The position numbers and the translations under genes were made by a program. A DNA stretch of 64,000 bases from Eledone cirrhosa (taxonomy: Eukaryota), in contig OZ024746.1 of assembly GCA_964016885.1 (NCBI GenBank), forward strand, positions 59,024,001-59,088,000, written 5' to 3'. The notes below the pieces were generated by a model. That model did no database searches. It was not told the DNA's origin and was given only the letters and a program-made list of their open reading frames with translations. Shown in pieces: positions 1 to 13,276 of this stretch (within the stretch, counting starts at the first letter, position 1; every line of letters begins with the position of its first letter).

Positions 1-85
1 GTCGATAAAATAAAGTACTAGTAATACACTGAGTAATTGCTGGCCTTGTGCCTAACGTAGAAACAATTATTATTATTATTATATT
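1..85 (+). mobile_element. 3' part of the dominant tRNA-derived SINE
   Basis: gtcgataaaataaagtac...gctggccttgtgcc..gtagaaacaattattatt matches the 3' half of the SINE seen throughout the window. Confidence 0.85.
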
Positions 86-372
86 ATAAATAATTATATA
101 TATATTCATATATATATGTGTATAAGCAATTATGTATGTATAGCTATGCTGTACACATATATAATATATTCTCCCCTCTTGTATCATAATATGCACTAAA
201 TAACCTTCTGCCATATGAAGGTGTAATAACCAATAATTCGCCTGGAGTAATCTTTCTAAACTACATTTGCTTTCACGCCTCTCTATTGATAGAATTTACA
301 TATATATGTAAGCCTATAGACACATACGCATACACACACACCCGCGCACACAGGCGTACGTGACACACACAC

Positions 373-416
<44 letters not shown>

Positions 417-810
417 CAGTGTGCGTGCTTACTTGTATGAATTTTAATGAGTAGTAGAAAATTGCGTCAAAGAGATATATTGTGTCACAGAGAGGCTTGA
501 ACTTTTTCTGATCTGTGGTTTATTTTCGTGAAATTGATCTATTGATCAAGTCGAACGTTTCAGAATTATATCGTGTCGTTAATTGACCTTTTCATACTTG
601 GTTTTTAATCCTCTAAATCTCCTTTGCGTATTTGCTACATACCTTTCCTGTAAATATCTGAAGAAAGAGCCTGTATACAGAAAAACATACTTAGACTAGA
701 ATGCATTTTTTTTTGTTTTTTTTTATGTTAATACCTATTTTCAGCCTAGAAACTCATCAAGGTAGTTCTTATCATGGTTTCAGTGGCATTTAAAAACTGA
801 AGTTTTAAGA

Positions 811-1107
811 CAGTCTTGGGCAGTCCTGCGGCCCGCGAAGCTTTCTGAATGGCTCACCTAAGTCACCTAAATAAAATATTTCTGATTTTTTTACCCAACT
901 TTTCACTCGTAATTTATTTTTCTGTCGTAATTCATCTTACGATCGAGGAAAACAACGTGTACGAATTCTGAAGAAACAAATCAAAACAACCTGAGTTAAC
1001 ATCCCTTCTTATTAATGTGAGCACGAATGTAAATTAGCACTTGCGGCCCGCCTGTGATGAGCCATACCTCATGCGGCCATCTTCTCGAAAAAGGTTGCCT
1101 ATGCCTG
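811..1107. mobile_element. hAT (Charlie-like) MITE, decayed
   Basis: Imperfect TIRs cagtcttgggcagtc / aggttgcctatgcctg, subterminal gcggccc(gc) motifs, and 8-bp flanks ttttaaga (803-810) / ctctaaga (1108-1115) resembling a hAT TSD. Confidence 0.65.
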
Positions 1108-1371
1108 CTCTAAGAGAAGGCTCCATTTCCTCGAAGCTTGAATCACAAGCTGCTGATGTTGCACGTTTTTAAAATACAACGTGCTGCCCTGGCCTTTGTC
1201 ACGAAGTACAGCCGGTGATACCCACTTCATTAGGCATGCCACTTCCTTATGCGCTTTTTTTAAGTGATACTCTTCTCCAGATTTTGCTAAGGGAAATAGC
1301 TGTTCGGGGACTGAGAAATGTACCAGAGGTCATAATGCCGATATACATGGTAAGAAACTGTATTTAAAGTA

Positions 1372-1372
<1 letters not shown>

Positions 1373-1439
<67 letters not shown>
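1373..1439. repeat. (GA)n microsatellite
   Basis: Pure GA run. Confidence 0.98.
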
Positions 1440-1444
<5 letters not shown>

Positions 1445-1909
1445 TATGCGAGGAAAAGGATTAAAATAGCGAAATGAAAAAGTGACAAAAATATATAAAA
1501 TGTAGAAAAAATATCGGAAAGTGGGAAATAATAGAGAAAAAGAAAGAAATATGGAAGAAGGAAAGAAGGAAGAAATAAAGAAAAGAAAGCCATTTAGTGA
1601 TGAAATCCTACGAGAGGTCTATATAAGGCAACGTAGGTGTGACTTTGGATACTTTGTAAGAAAGAATTATCGGAGATATTGTAAGGTGATATATGTTGTG
1701 AAACTGTTAATCATGTCATACGGCCTTAGGTTTAAATTTGAACCTGGAAAAGCAAAATAGCTGTAGTTTGGAAAAATATGATGGAATGAAATACTGTCGG
1801 TTTCGACGATGAATATTGCAAATGCAATATTCAAAGAAGGGAACAAGCTGCTCGTGACATTAACGTGCAAGTGGCAGAATATTATACAGGCATATGTACC
1901 TTTAGTAAA

Positions 1910-2120
1910 GGCGTGTGGCTGAGTGGTTAGAGAATTGTATTCGCTATCGTGAGGTTGTGAGTTCGCTTCCCGGACCGGGTGATGCGTTATGTCCTTGAGG
2001 AAGACACTTTATTTCACGTTGCTCCTTCTACCTGGAGATGCGACCGATAGATAGTACTAGAAATTGGAAAGACCAATGGAAATATTGTTTCCACGGTCAG
2101 ATTTGACGAAAGTCGATCGA
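1910..2120 (+). mobile_element. Second tRNA-derived SINE family (CORE-like central block)
   Basis: A-box tggctgagtgg, B-box-like gagttcgcttcc, then tgtccttgaggaagacactttatttcac. A reverse-oriented copy lies at ~50075-50290. Confidence 0.7.
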
Positions 2121-4080
2121 CTGTCGATGTACCTTTAACATAATTCTCAGAGATATTCGACTCTTTGAATTACAGACACTTCCCATCTGGTATCACGGTG
2201 TAAGAGGTTGAACGTTGCATAGACACCTGTACACTTTACATTACAGGTACAATCAATCAGAGGCGCTTTGGAAATAATTTTCGTGAACCCAAATTCACTC
2301 ACCAGGCTTGGGTTGACACGTGCTTAGATAAATGAGATCGGATCACGGGCCAAATTATTGCGAAGCGAACTTCTTAAACATATTCGACTATTCTGTATCC
2401 ACGGAAAAAATAGTATACTCGTATGGAAAAAGTGATATGAAGATTTGAACAGAAATGGGTTAATGGTAATGTCAAGATTACAAATAAATATGAATGTAAT
2501 AATATTTTGAAATAAAGCATCGTCTACCTCTCTGACAAGCTTGATAAGATGGTGTCATGACATTTCAATTTATGTAAAGAAATGAATAGTAAAAATATCT
2601 GATAGTCTAAGGAAAGCTAGACAAAAGATAAGATGTGATCATTTTATATTCTCTCATTTCTTTGTTGCGTGTTGCAGTCCATGGGTCGTGGCCATGCTGG
2701 GGCACAGTGAATACTTTTCTATAGTACTGGTTTGATTATATCTATTGTTTATACAATACACCTTTTGTAGTTGGATTTTGATGAATGATGAAATTTGATA
2801 ACACTGCTCAGAGGTCATTCTTTCTGTCGTGTAGTCTAATGTAGTATCTCGTGTATTAGAACTTCTAAGAACTATTTTATGAATATATTAACATCCACCA
2901 CATGTATCTCCTTCATGTTTTCAACAATACATGGAGATGATGTGTGGCTTTGATCCCTTATTTTTTCCGTAATCTAGATATGGAGAGTGTGTGACATATG
3001 GCATTCAGCATTAGCATTTAATTTGGGATTTGATGTTGCTCTCAATGACCAGGTTTTTGTTAGTCATTTTAGGTTTTTCCGTATGCATACATACATACAT
3101 ACATACATACACAAACCACACTTATGTTTGAGGGGTTCCGACAAGGTCATAATATCCCACCTTGAAGGACATGTCCATGCACAGGAACAACAAATACCCA
3201 ACAAGAACCTACAGCACAAAACAGGAAAGTCTTCTGTTGACAATAAATCTAGGCTTGCAAAAGAAAGATATTAGCTACATTATTGCCAACTGTGAAAAAC
3301 ATTTCTTCTATTTAAAACCTTTCCATGAGGCATGATGTGTTAGAACTATCTGGAATGCACTACGGAACACGAACATAACGACAATTAGAGAGACGGATAG
3401 CTGAAAGGAATATTGGTAAAACCTAAAAATAAAACCGCCACTAAATTAAAACAAAACGGACTGATATTGATTTTGTTTTTTGGGGGGTTCACACATTAAA
3501 ACTATGATCTGTTGTAGACGTCAGCTGCCGATTCAATGCTAATGTAATAAGAATACAAGAGGAAACGGATATCTACGGATTCTTGCTAAGATACACGTTC
3601 AGTGTCTCGCTGCTACAGGATATATACCAACCCGTCTAGGCCAAAGTATGCCTGAAAATGGATTTTCGAGAGAAAGAACGCAGCTTCTTAATTCACTTTC
3701 TTTACAATTTTCTTCGGTTTATATCCTTGCCACCTGGGAGGTGGCCAGTCAAGTATAAACTCAAAATTAACTGAAACAGAAAACATACACACACATGCAC
3801 ACACTCAATCCCACACGCATTCTTTCAATAGCTGATAATATCTTACCGGCGCCACACGAGTGAGGTAATTATTTAACCCATTAATGGAGCCCTAACAGGT
3901 ACTACTACTCTGAACCAGAACAGACCTGGGAGTGATAACAACTAAGGTGTAACTCCACATTCCCCACAGCCCTTGAATTCCCGAACTCTTGAAGCCTTGC
4001 CACTGGATGCAGTTTAATGTCATACATACATACAAGCATACAAACCCACTTACATACATGCATACATATATACATACATA

Positions 4081-4631
4081 GTGGCTGCCAACTCGTTTTC
4101 GAGTACGGCCACTACTTTATATCCATGTAGGAGAACCCCTACCGATGCGCTGAACGAGTGTGACTTTTTATTCCAGCCAGCGACTTGAAAACTCTGGTAC
4201 AAACACTACACTTCTGACAATTATTGACACATAGTGCTGGGCCCATGGTACCATGTAACGACAAGTGCAGAGAAATCTCCAGATATAAAGCAATGCCTGT
4301 GCCGTGAAGCTTTTATAGTGAGCAAAGGCACTGCACAAAACCAGTCCCACTCTCTTAACCAAGATGATATTTACCAAAAAGAAGAACAAGTCAACATCAT
4401 TGGATACCATCAGGGTTGCAGGTGTTATATCAGAGTTTTCCTTCTCCTAGAATTCTGCCTTGACAAAGGCTAAGGGGTCATCTCTTCCGGTGATTTTGGA
4501 TGGCCATTGACTCTTAAGAGCTCCTTTGCCCTTTGACAGGTTTTGTTTTTAGTCCTGCAGGATGTCCAAAGTCACCCTCTTCACCAAGAAACCTTGTTGG
4601 GGTTGCCAGTTTAGTCGCCACCGAGCCGACC
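4081..4631 (-). mobile_element. Non-autonomous RTE-derived element, copy 1, flanked by (CATA)n
   Basis: Near-identical to 16964-17328 and 37884-38480. The minus strand has an RTE 5'UTR-like ggagaaggaaaactctga motif and ends in a C2H2 finger CSVCTRVFKSLAGIKSHTRSAHR* (4210-4139). Confidence 0.75.
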
Positions 4632-5224
4632 ATACATACATACATACATACATACATACATACATACATACATACAAGCATACAAATCCACTTACATACA
4701 TGCATACATATATACATACATACATACATACATACATACATACATACATACATACAAACTTACATACATGCATACATACATACATACAAACATACTTACA
4801 TACATGCATACATACAAACATACTTACATATATACATACATACAAACATACTTACTTACATACAAACATACTTACATACATACATACATACATTTCAGAA
4901 GTTTAGGATGTAATAACTGCATACACACACGTGTAGATGTGAAAGTGTATGTATATAAATATATTGCAAAACATAGATTCACAAATGCAATGACATACAT
5001 GCCTACATACGTATATACAAGCAAACGTGCTATAACAAGTCGTTATGAAAAGGAGGTGCTAAGTGTGTATGTGCGTGCGCGAGTGTGTGTGTGGTGTTGG
5101 TAAGAAAGAAAGAAAGAAATAAAGAGAGAGAGAGGGTACTGATGGTGGTGGTCGTCGTGGTGGTCGTGGTGGTAGTAGTAGGGATGTATGTGGTAGGGGT
5201 ATGAAGGCGGTACCAGAGTTTGTT

Positions 5225-5288
<64 letters not shown>

Positions 5289-5415
5289 AAAGTTCTATTT
5301 AAATTGTTGGTATACAACAAGCAAATATTTTTATAACTAATATAAAGCACTCAACAAATAATTTGAGTAAAAATACGATATTAACAAATGGAAACTATAT
5401 TTATAAAACCATATT

Positions 5416-5480
5416 TATTTCATTATACATATTTCAAGGACACCAAGTTAAATTATGGTGTGCTTTCATCAGATAAAATA
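5416..5480 (-). ncRNA. Type I hammerhead ribozyme (minimal stem III)
   Basis: Reverse complement of the 5573-5637 motif, with an intact core. Confidence 0.8.
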
Positions 5481-5572
5481 TAATATAGACCAGTTTTATA
5501 AATAAATATTGACAAACCCTTCCAATAGTAATGGTTGCATTCAATATTTATTTATAAAACTGCTCTATAATA

Positions 5573-5637
5573 TATTTTATCTGATGAAAGCACACCATAA
5601 TTTAACTTGGTGTCCTTGAAATATGTATAATGAAATA
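5573..5637 (+). ncRNA. Type I hammerhead ribozyme (minimal stem III)
   Basis: tattttat CTGATGA aagcacacc-loop-ggtgtcctt GAAA tatgta TA atgaaata. Stems I and II both pair. Confidence 0.85.
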
Positions 5638-5913
5638 AATATCGTTTTATAAATAGAGTTTCCAATTATTTGTTGAGTGCTTTATATCAGTTATAAAAAT
5701 ATTTGCTTGTTGTATCCCAACAATATAATAATATATTTTACATATATATACACAAACAAACTCTGGTACCGCCTTCATACTCCTACCACATATATCTCTA
5801 CTACTACCACCACCACCATATATATATATATGTACATAATATATGTATATATATAAGCAAAAGGGATATTTAATTTGTTGGTAATTGAACAAATATAAAT
5901 GTATATATATTTA

Positions 5914-5999
<86 letters not shown>

Positions 6000-6101
6000 T
6001 TTATATATATATATACATATATATGTATATATACATATATATATGTATATATGTATATATATACGCATATATATATGTATATGTATGTATATATATATGT
6101 G

Positions 6102-6154
<53 letters not shown>

Positions 6155-6739
6155 GAGTATGTGTGTGTATTTATTTATATATGTCTCTTTCTCATTCTAA
6201 TACCATTATACATTTTAAAGGATTATAAATAAAACGAGTAAATCAAACAATGTTGGAATTCCTTTTATTAATATAATCTTCTATACACAATCATACACAC
6301 CCGTGTATATTTATTTATATATATATATATATAACTTATTAATAACACATTTAAAATGATAAATACAAAATTAGAAACTGGTTTCTCGCTCTCACATAAC
6401 TAATTACATAAATGTATTTATGAGTTTTATATCGAATAATTATAATAATATTCAATTCATTTGCAAGCAAACATTTTCATTACGTTATGTTTTTTAAGTG
6501 ATCGCCGTCATCCGTTTGTTCTAACAGTGGGATAGAGAAACAATCTACAATGTTGTTGCAGGGTTATCGCCCTTTGTCAAGATTGTTTATCGCTCTCAGA
6601 TACTCGCTTGAATTGTTGAAAATGTATACAGGCAATATTTATTAGAATGCTGTTAAAGTGGAAATACATTATTTGGGGACATCCTGCATATTTAAAATGT
6701 TATATTAATCTTTATTACTTAGGGGATGTTTGTAATTAA

Positions 6740-6925
6740 TAATTGTTTCTACTTTTGGCACAAGGCCAGCAATTACCCAGTGCATTACTGGTACTTTATT
6801 TTATCGACCCCATAAGGATGAAAGGCAAAGTTAACCTCAGCGGGATTTGAACTCAGATCATAAAGGGCTGTAACTATTTACTGCAAAGCATGGCCTCCGA
6901 CCCTCTACCGATACTACCAATCTAC
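6740..6925 (-). mobile_element. tRNA-derived SINE (dominant family)
   Basis: Reverse complement of the consensus, with B-box gttcaaatcc and the ctttgcctttcatcc..ggggtcgataaaataaagtaccag core. Confidence 0.9.
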
Positions 6926-7174
6926 ATAATGTAATTTTCACAGGGTCAACTAATATATATAAAATAAGCGCAAATATGGCTGTGTAGATAAGGAGCTCAC
7001 TTCGTAACCACGGGGATTCATGGTTCAGTCTCCCTGTGCGGTCCATTTGGGGTACATGCCATGGTTTCAGCAATATCTTGTTAGTGGGATTTAGTAAACA
7101 GAAATTGAGCAGAAGCCCGCTATTCATATATATATATATAAGTATATATATAAGTATATATATATATATATATA

Positions 7175-7355
7175 TATGATAATAATGGAGCTGCGGCGCT
7201 GCAAATGGGTTACATATGAAAAAGTTTGTCCTCATCAGTGGCCTTCCAACCGTCGTAGGCATTTCGTCGCATTAAAGGGCATATACCTCAGGTTGGTGCG
7301 AGCAACGGCTAAAAAAGTCGTTGGGACACGTAAATAAAGGGGACGCTAGGGTAAA
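7175..7355 (-). mobile_element. PLE-like non-coding fragment with 5' half of an HHR
   Basis: Homologous to 23940-24060 (+). Both read gttggaag..caCTGATGA(a)ggac and then lose the GAAA half. Confidence 0.5.
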
Positions 7356-7389
7356 CAAACCAAATGGTTTAAGCAACAGAATATATATA

Positions 7390-7545
7390 TATAACAAAGA
7401 AGGTATGGTCAGAAACTAAGTGGACCATAACGCATCAGAGTACTCGATACTTAGGGTTGTAGGGTGGGTAATAGGAAAAGAGTCAGAATCCCGACGGCTG
7501 AGCTCCAGCCGTTTCGACAGCTAGATCCCTTCGGATTTCTCTCCT
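7390..7545 (-). mobile_element. PLE-like insert, GAAAC-GGCU...AGCC-GUC family
   Basis: Homologous to the inserts at 15776, 19748, 43960 and 46040. Flanked by (TA)n/(TC)n. Confidence 0.65.
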
Positions 7546-7623
<78 letters not shown>

Positions 7624-7689
7624 TTGCAAGGTTTTTGATATGAAATCATGTGTCGAAACAGATATTGTTATACTTGGGGAGGGTCATAT

Positions 7690-7785
7690 TATTGTAATAA
7701 TATTTTTGTAATAATATTGTAATAATATTATAATAATATTGTAATAATATTGTAATAATATTATAATAATATTGTAATAATATTG
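7690..7785. repeat. 11-bp minisatellite (taataatattg)n
   Basis: Direct tandem units visible. Confidence 0.9.
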
Positions 7786-8260
7786 CCAGAAATAATAATA
7801 GAACACACTCACTCTTTGGTTGGTTTTCGCTTCTGCATCTTTTAAATCTCCATAGTTAATTCATTCGGCAATCAATGTTTATCACACTGGAATAGAAAAT
7901 TAGTACTGGAATTGATATGATTGATTAAATGAAAGTGATGATCCAGCATGGCCGCGGACTAATGACTAAAAACATGTAAAATAATAAAGTAATTTTAAAA
8001 AGGTAGTTTTTTTTATGTTTTTATTTCTCTAATAGATTTTTCATATTTATTATTTCTATCTCAATTATGGGAGACGTCAGATTGTTTCTATTTTTTTCTT
8101 TACATATTGTTTTATTTCTATAATTCTGCTATATTTAAAATTATTTTTTTTATATATATATTTATCGATCGTTGTTTATTTTATTTCATTTCTATATTTT
8201 ATTTATTGATCGTTGCCTTTGGGCAACAACCAACGTCTTTCAAATGTATGTATCTCTCTC

Positions 8261-8353
<93 letters not shown>

Positions 8354-8584
8354 GTATATATAATGGCGGTACCCCTACATGACCCGTAGACTGTCGACTG
8401 GAATACGTAATAGAGTAATATATATATATATGTATATATATAATTAAAAGTTTAACAAGGTTCAATGAATTCATCAATGAATAAAGTTTCACAATAGATT
8501 ATAACCACTCTACAGTGAGGTTATCTGGATTTATTAATATTACTTCAAAATATTAATAAATATAGACATTCATGTGATCAAATA

Positions 8585-8650
8585 TATTTAATTATACATA
8601 TTTCAGAGATACTGAGCTATTTCAACAGTACGTCCTCATCAGATAAAATA
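8585..8650 (-). ncRNA. Type I hammerhead ribozyme
   Basis: Minus strand: tattttat CTGATGA ggacgtactg-loop-cagtatctct GAAA tatgta TA attaaata. Confidence 0.8.
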
Positions 8651-8704
8651 TGCCATGACTAAATTACAACCATCAACATAGTCAAGTTATGTCAGGCATC
8701 AACT

Positions 8705-8770
8705 TATTTTATCTGATGAGGACGTACTGTTGAAATAGCTCAGTATCTCTGATATATGTATAATAAAAAA
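8705..8770 (+). ncRNA. Hammerhead ribozyme, GAAA mutated to GATA (probably inactive)
   Basis: Same motif as the other arm but gata at 8751-8754. Confidence 0.65.
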
Positions 8771-8814
8771 TATTTGATCACATGAATGTCTATATTTATT
8801 AATATTTCGAAGTA

Positions 8815-8949
<135 letters not shown>

Positions 8950-9092
8950 TACACGGGTGTGTATGATTTTGTATAGAAGATTATATTAATAAAAGGAATT
9001 CCAACAAGGAATGCAAATTAGGCTACTCAGCCGTTAATATGCATAAGGAAAGTATATACTTTCGGACGTCCAATCATCTGGCAGGAAGGTAT

Positions 9093-9135
9093 ACGTTGCT
9101 GACGATAGCTAATAAGCTTGAAACTAGTACACCGT
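9093..9135 (+). ncRNA. Minimal type I hammerhead ribozyme
   Basis: acgttg CTGACGA tagc taataa gctt GAAA ctag TA caccgt, with palindromic loop 3 (ctag). Confidence 0.8.
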
Positions 9136-9511
9136 TCCTTTGTCAGTGTTGAACAAACGAGCAACGGTGGTTGTTAGACACTACGGCTTATTACGGGATG
9201 ATTGTTTACAAACACACCGAGCATTATTCGGTGAACCCATACGTACATATTTATATGTGTGCATGTATGTATATATATATACATACTACTGTACGTCTGT
9301 ATACATATATGTATGTACGTATACATACTTATATTTAAGTAACAGTTGTACTAAGAGTGGGAAATGAAATTTCGTTTCATTTTTTCCGTTTATCGTTTTC
9401 GGTGCACCCGGCCGATTAACCCACTCGATATGCAAATTGGGCTACTCAGCCGTTAATATGCATAAGGAAAGTATATACCTTCGGACGTTCAATCATCTGA
9501 CAGGAAGGTAT

Positions 9512-9554
9512 ACGTTGCTGACGATAGCTAATAAGCTTGAAACTAGTACAGCGT
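9512..9554 (+). ncRNA. Minimal type I hammerhead ribozyme
   Basis: acgttg CTGACGA tagc taataa gctt GAAA ctag TA cagcgt. Stem I is 6 bp including a G-U pair. Confidence 0.88.
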
Positions 9555-9863
9555 TCCTTTGTCAGTGTTGAACAAACGAGCAACGGTGGTTGCTAGACAC
9601 TACGGCTTAATACGGGATGTTTGTTTACAAACACACCGAGCATTATAATAAATGTTCGGTGAATCCATACGTACATATATATATGTGTGCATGTATGTAT
9701 ATATATATACATACTACAGTACGTCTGTATACATATATGTATGTACGTATACATACTTATATTTAAGTAACAGCCGTACTAAGAGTGGGAAATGAAATTT
9801 CGTTTCATTTTCTCCGTTTATAAATATATATATATATATATATATAAATATATATATGTATAA

Positions 9864-10770
<907 letters not shown>

Positions 10771-10809
10771 TATATATAATAAATAAATATATATATATAT
10801 ATATTAATA

Positions 10810-11482
10810 TTAATAAGGTAATGAATTCTTTTACAATGGAATCAGCTCGAATGAGGAAAATATCCCCTGAGCTGTATATAAATTAATATGTAAGTGATGA
10901 AACACAGATACCAACATATCTGTATATATATTGCAAAAGAAAAATTTAGCCAGATTGAAGTATACTAATTATTATACTACAGTTTGTCCATATCGATTTA
11001 AAATAATAAATCAATGGAGACGAACTGTATTGGCAAAAGGCCGTGATGTTTAGACACATATAAATTTCAAAATCAAACCTGTTCCGTAGATAAGTTTAGA
11101 CTTTAAGATCCAAATATGTTTCGAGTTAAATAAGTGTAGGAATATCATGTCCCGCTCTCCTCAGTAAACATCCAGAGACAAATTGATATGCTTCACTTCT
11201 AAATGATTTAAAAGACTGCGTGACGCACATGGCTTTACAGTATCTAACTAGTCTCATAACCGTACTGCTAGAAATAACAGTCGTATATATGAGACGGTTT
11301 GCAGCTCAAACTAGGAGCAGTTAAAATTAATAAGGTAATGAATTCTTTTACAATGGAATCAGCTCGAATGAGGAAAAATATCCCCTGAGCAGTGTATAAA
11401 TTAATATGTAAGTGATGAAACACAGATACCAACATATCTGTATATATATTGCAAAAGAAAAATTTAGCCAGATTGAAGTATA
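10810..11482 (-). mobile_element. Retrozyme-like insert, ~517-bp unit with ~155-bp terminal direct repeat
   Basis: 10810-10964 is repeated at 11327-11482. One HHR inside, (TA)n on both sides. Confidence 0.75.
11094..11169 (-). ncRNA. Type I hammerhead ribozyme, GUC cleavage site
   Basis: Minus strand: gttta CTGAGGA gag...ctc GAAAC-loop-GTC taaac. Confidence 0.72.
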
Positions 11483-11493
11483 TATATATATAC

Positions 11494-11583
<90 letters not shown>

Positions 11584-11609
11584 GTATCTATATATATATA
11601 TAAATATAT

Positions 11610-11720
11610 AATAATTGTTTATACTTTTGGCGCAAGGCCAGCAATTACCCAGTGCATTACTGGTACTTTATTTTATCGACCTCGTAAGGATGATAGGTAA
11701 AGTTAACCTCGGTGGGATTT
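11610..11720 (-). mobile_element. 5'-truncated SINE
   Basis: SINE 3' half only. Another stub lies at ~12008-12055. Confidence 0.85.
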
Positions 11721-11766
11721 ATATATAATACTTATATATGTGTTAAATACGTGGTAAGCAGCAAGT

Positions 11767-11858
11767 CAACAGATAGTTCAGTTGGTAAAGCAGGGGATTG
11801 TAGTTTGTTATAGGATGTTGTCATCCTTAGCTCAATGGTTCGAATCCGTCTAGTAAGT
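11767..11858 (+). pseudogene. Intron-containing tRNA-Tyr(GTA) pseudogene
   Basis: GATAGTTCAGTTGGTAAAGCAGGGGATT-GTA-G [19-nt intron 11804-11822] ATCCTTAG..GGTTCGAATCCG follows the eukaryotic tRNA-Tyr layout. The acceptor stem no longer pairs. Confidence 0.75.
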
Positions 11859-11968
11859 AAGTAATTAAGCATGGACGCCTATACTCATCCTTCTGCATTT
11901 CTTAGAGTGTTCTAAACCCCACTATCAGGCTAAAATTCATTTCGTCAAAAATACGACGAAAGCTTCTA

Positions 11969-12012
<44 letters not shown>

Positions 12013-12294
12013 GTTTCTACTTTAAGCACAAGGCCAGCAATTACCCAGTGCATTAATTATAATTATAATTATATATATATATATATATTAATAAAAGATC
12101 GGAGGCCATATTTAGTTGATTCAGGTTTATATAAAACTCCGTTTATTAATATATAATGCTCTGTCTTGTACCATTTATACAGGCCGTTGAGCGCTTTGGT
12201 TTATCTGCTTTACAATCGACAGACCATGGTTTGATCCGCACATCCCTGATCTGTTATCCCCTTACTATATATATATATATATATATATATAATC

Positions 12295-12476
12295 ATATCT
12301 CATTTTGTTTGACCCGTTTAGCTTGTTCGCTTTTTTGGCTATGGTGGCTATGGCTTCTTAACCATCGTCTCAGCATGTATGACCATTTTAACTTATGTTT
12401 ATATCTCTGCTATCCTCTTCATATGCATGGAGCGCTTGGCTGCACATTATTGAAGTTGCGATTCTCGCTAAATTAT
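12295..12476. mobile_element. Unclassified (TA)n-adjacent repeat family ending cgat(t)ctcg..aaatta
   Basis: Diverged relatives in the opposite orientation at 24150-24350, 46355-46540 and 49409-49597. All share the same end abutting (TA)n. Confidence 0.55.
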
Positions 12477-12479
12477 ATC

Positions 12480-12562
<83 letters not shown>

Positions 12563-12671
12563 CATTCGTGGGATGCGAGCCGATGCTGCAACTTCGATTA
12601 TACTCACATTATATATATAAAGTAGAAACAATTATTTTAAAGTAGAAACAATGACCCTCCATCTCAACTCT

Positions 12672-12709
12672 ACTTTTGAAAAGCAGAAGAACTGCGAAAC
12701 CGGTAAAGG
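12672..12709 (+). ncRNA. Hammerhead ribozyme, U3-A8 variant core
   Basis: actt TTGAAAA gcag aagaa ctgc GAAA ccgg TA aagg. Confidence 0.7.
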
Positions 12710-12873
12710 AACCAAATAAATATATATATGTTTTTTTTTAAATAAGACTCCAGTTGCATTTTCGATTTCATCTTTTTTTTGTTTATGCTTTCACTCGTGT
12801 AGGACACCTCGGATATTTTTTATTTTGTAAAAAAAACCTCACTTTCTAATAATATATATATATATTAAATTTT

Positions 12874-12940
12874 CATTCTGATGATGGATTTCAGACCGTC
12901 TTTTTTTGCTCTCCTGTCTTCGTGAAACCTTTGGTAAATG
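12874..12940 (+). ncRNA. Type I hammerhead ribozyme
   Basis: catt CTGATGA [irregular stem II] GAAA cc-ttt-gg TA aatg. Stems I and III pair. Confidence 0.7.
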
Positions 12941-12968
12941 TAATAATTGTTTTGTGCTGTTTATTACA

Positions 12969-13083
<115 letters not shown>

Positions 13084-13176
13084 TCATTAGTTAAGCAAAA
13101 CAAGACCACAAATTTCACAAGGAAGATATTATTAAAAGATTGTCAACATATTTTAGTATGATGTAAGGAATGTAGA

Positions 13177-13177
<1 letters not shown>

Positions 13178-13258
<81 letters not shown>

Positions 13259-13276
13259 TAATATTAATAATAATAA
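13178..13276. repeat. (TAA)n microsatellite
   Basis: Near-pure run. Confidence 0.98.

Larger units (their letters stand above)
5141..5818. mobile_element. PLE-like fold-back insert with an HHR in each arm
   Basis: Long inverted arms around a ~30-nt spacer (~5512-5540). The arms are slightly diverged and embedded in (TA)n. Confidence 0.8.
9011..9820 (+). mobile_element. Retrozyme-like / PLE pLTR-like tandem repeat, 419-bp unit, ~1.9 copies
   Basis: Direct repeats with CTGACGA at 9099 and 9518. The same unit recurs at 41775-42977 and as a fragment at ~21450-21516. Confidence 0.85.

Noticed and set aside
545-592. Minus-strand TTAACGA...GAAA cg TT cgac
   Set aside because: Two core mismatches and no stem II. 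Too decayed to call.
7620-7680. ttgatatgaaatcatgtgtcGAAAcagatattgtt (related to 15705-15745) as a possible HHR
   Set aside because: Core and stem I could not be fitted consistently.
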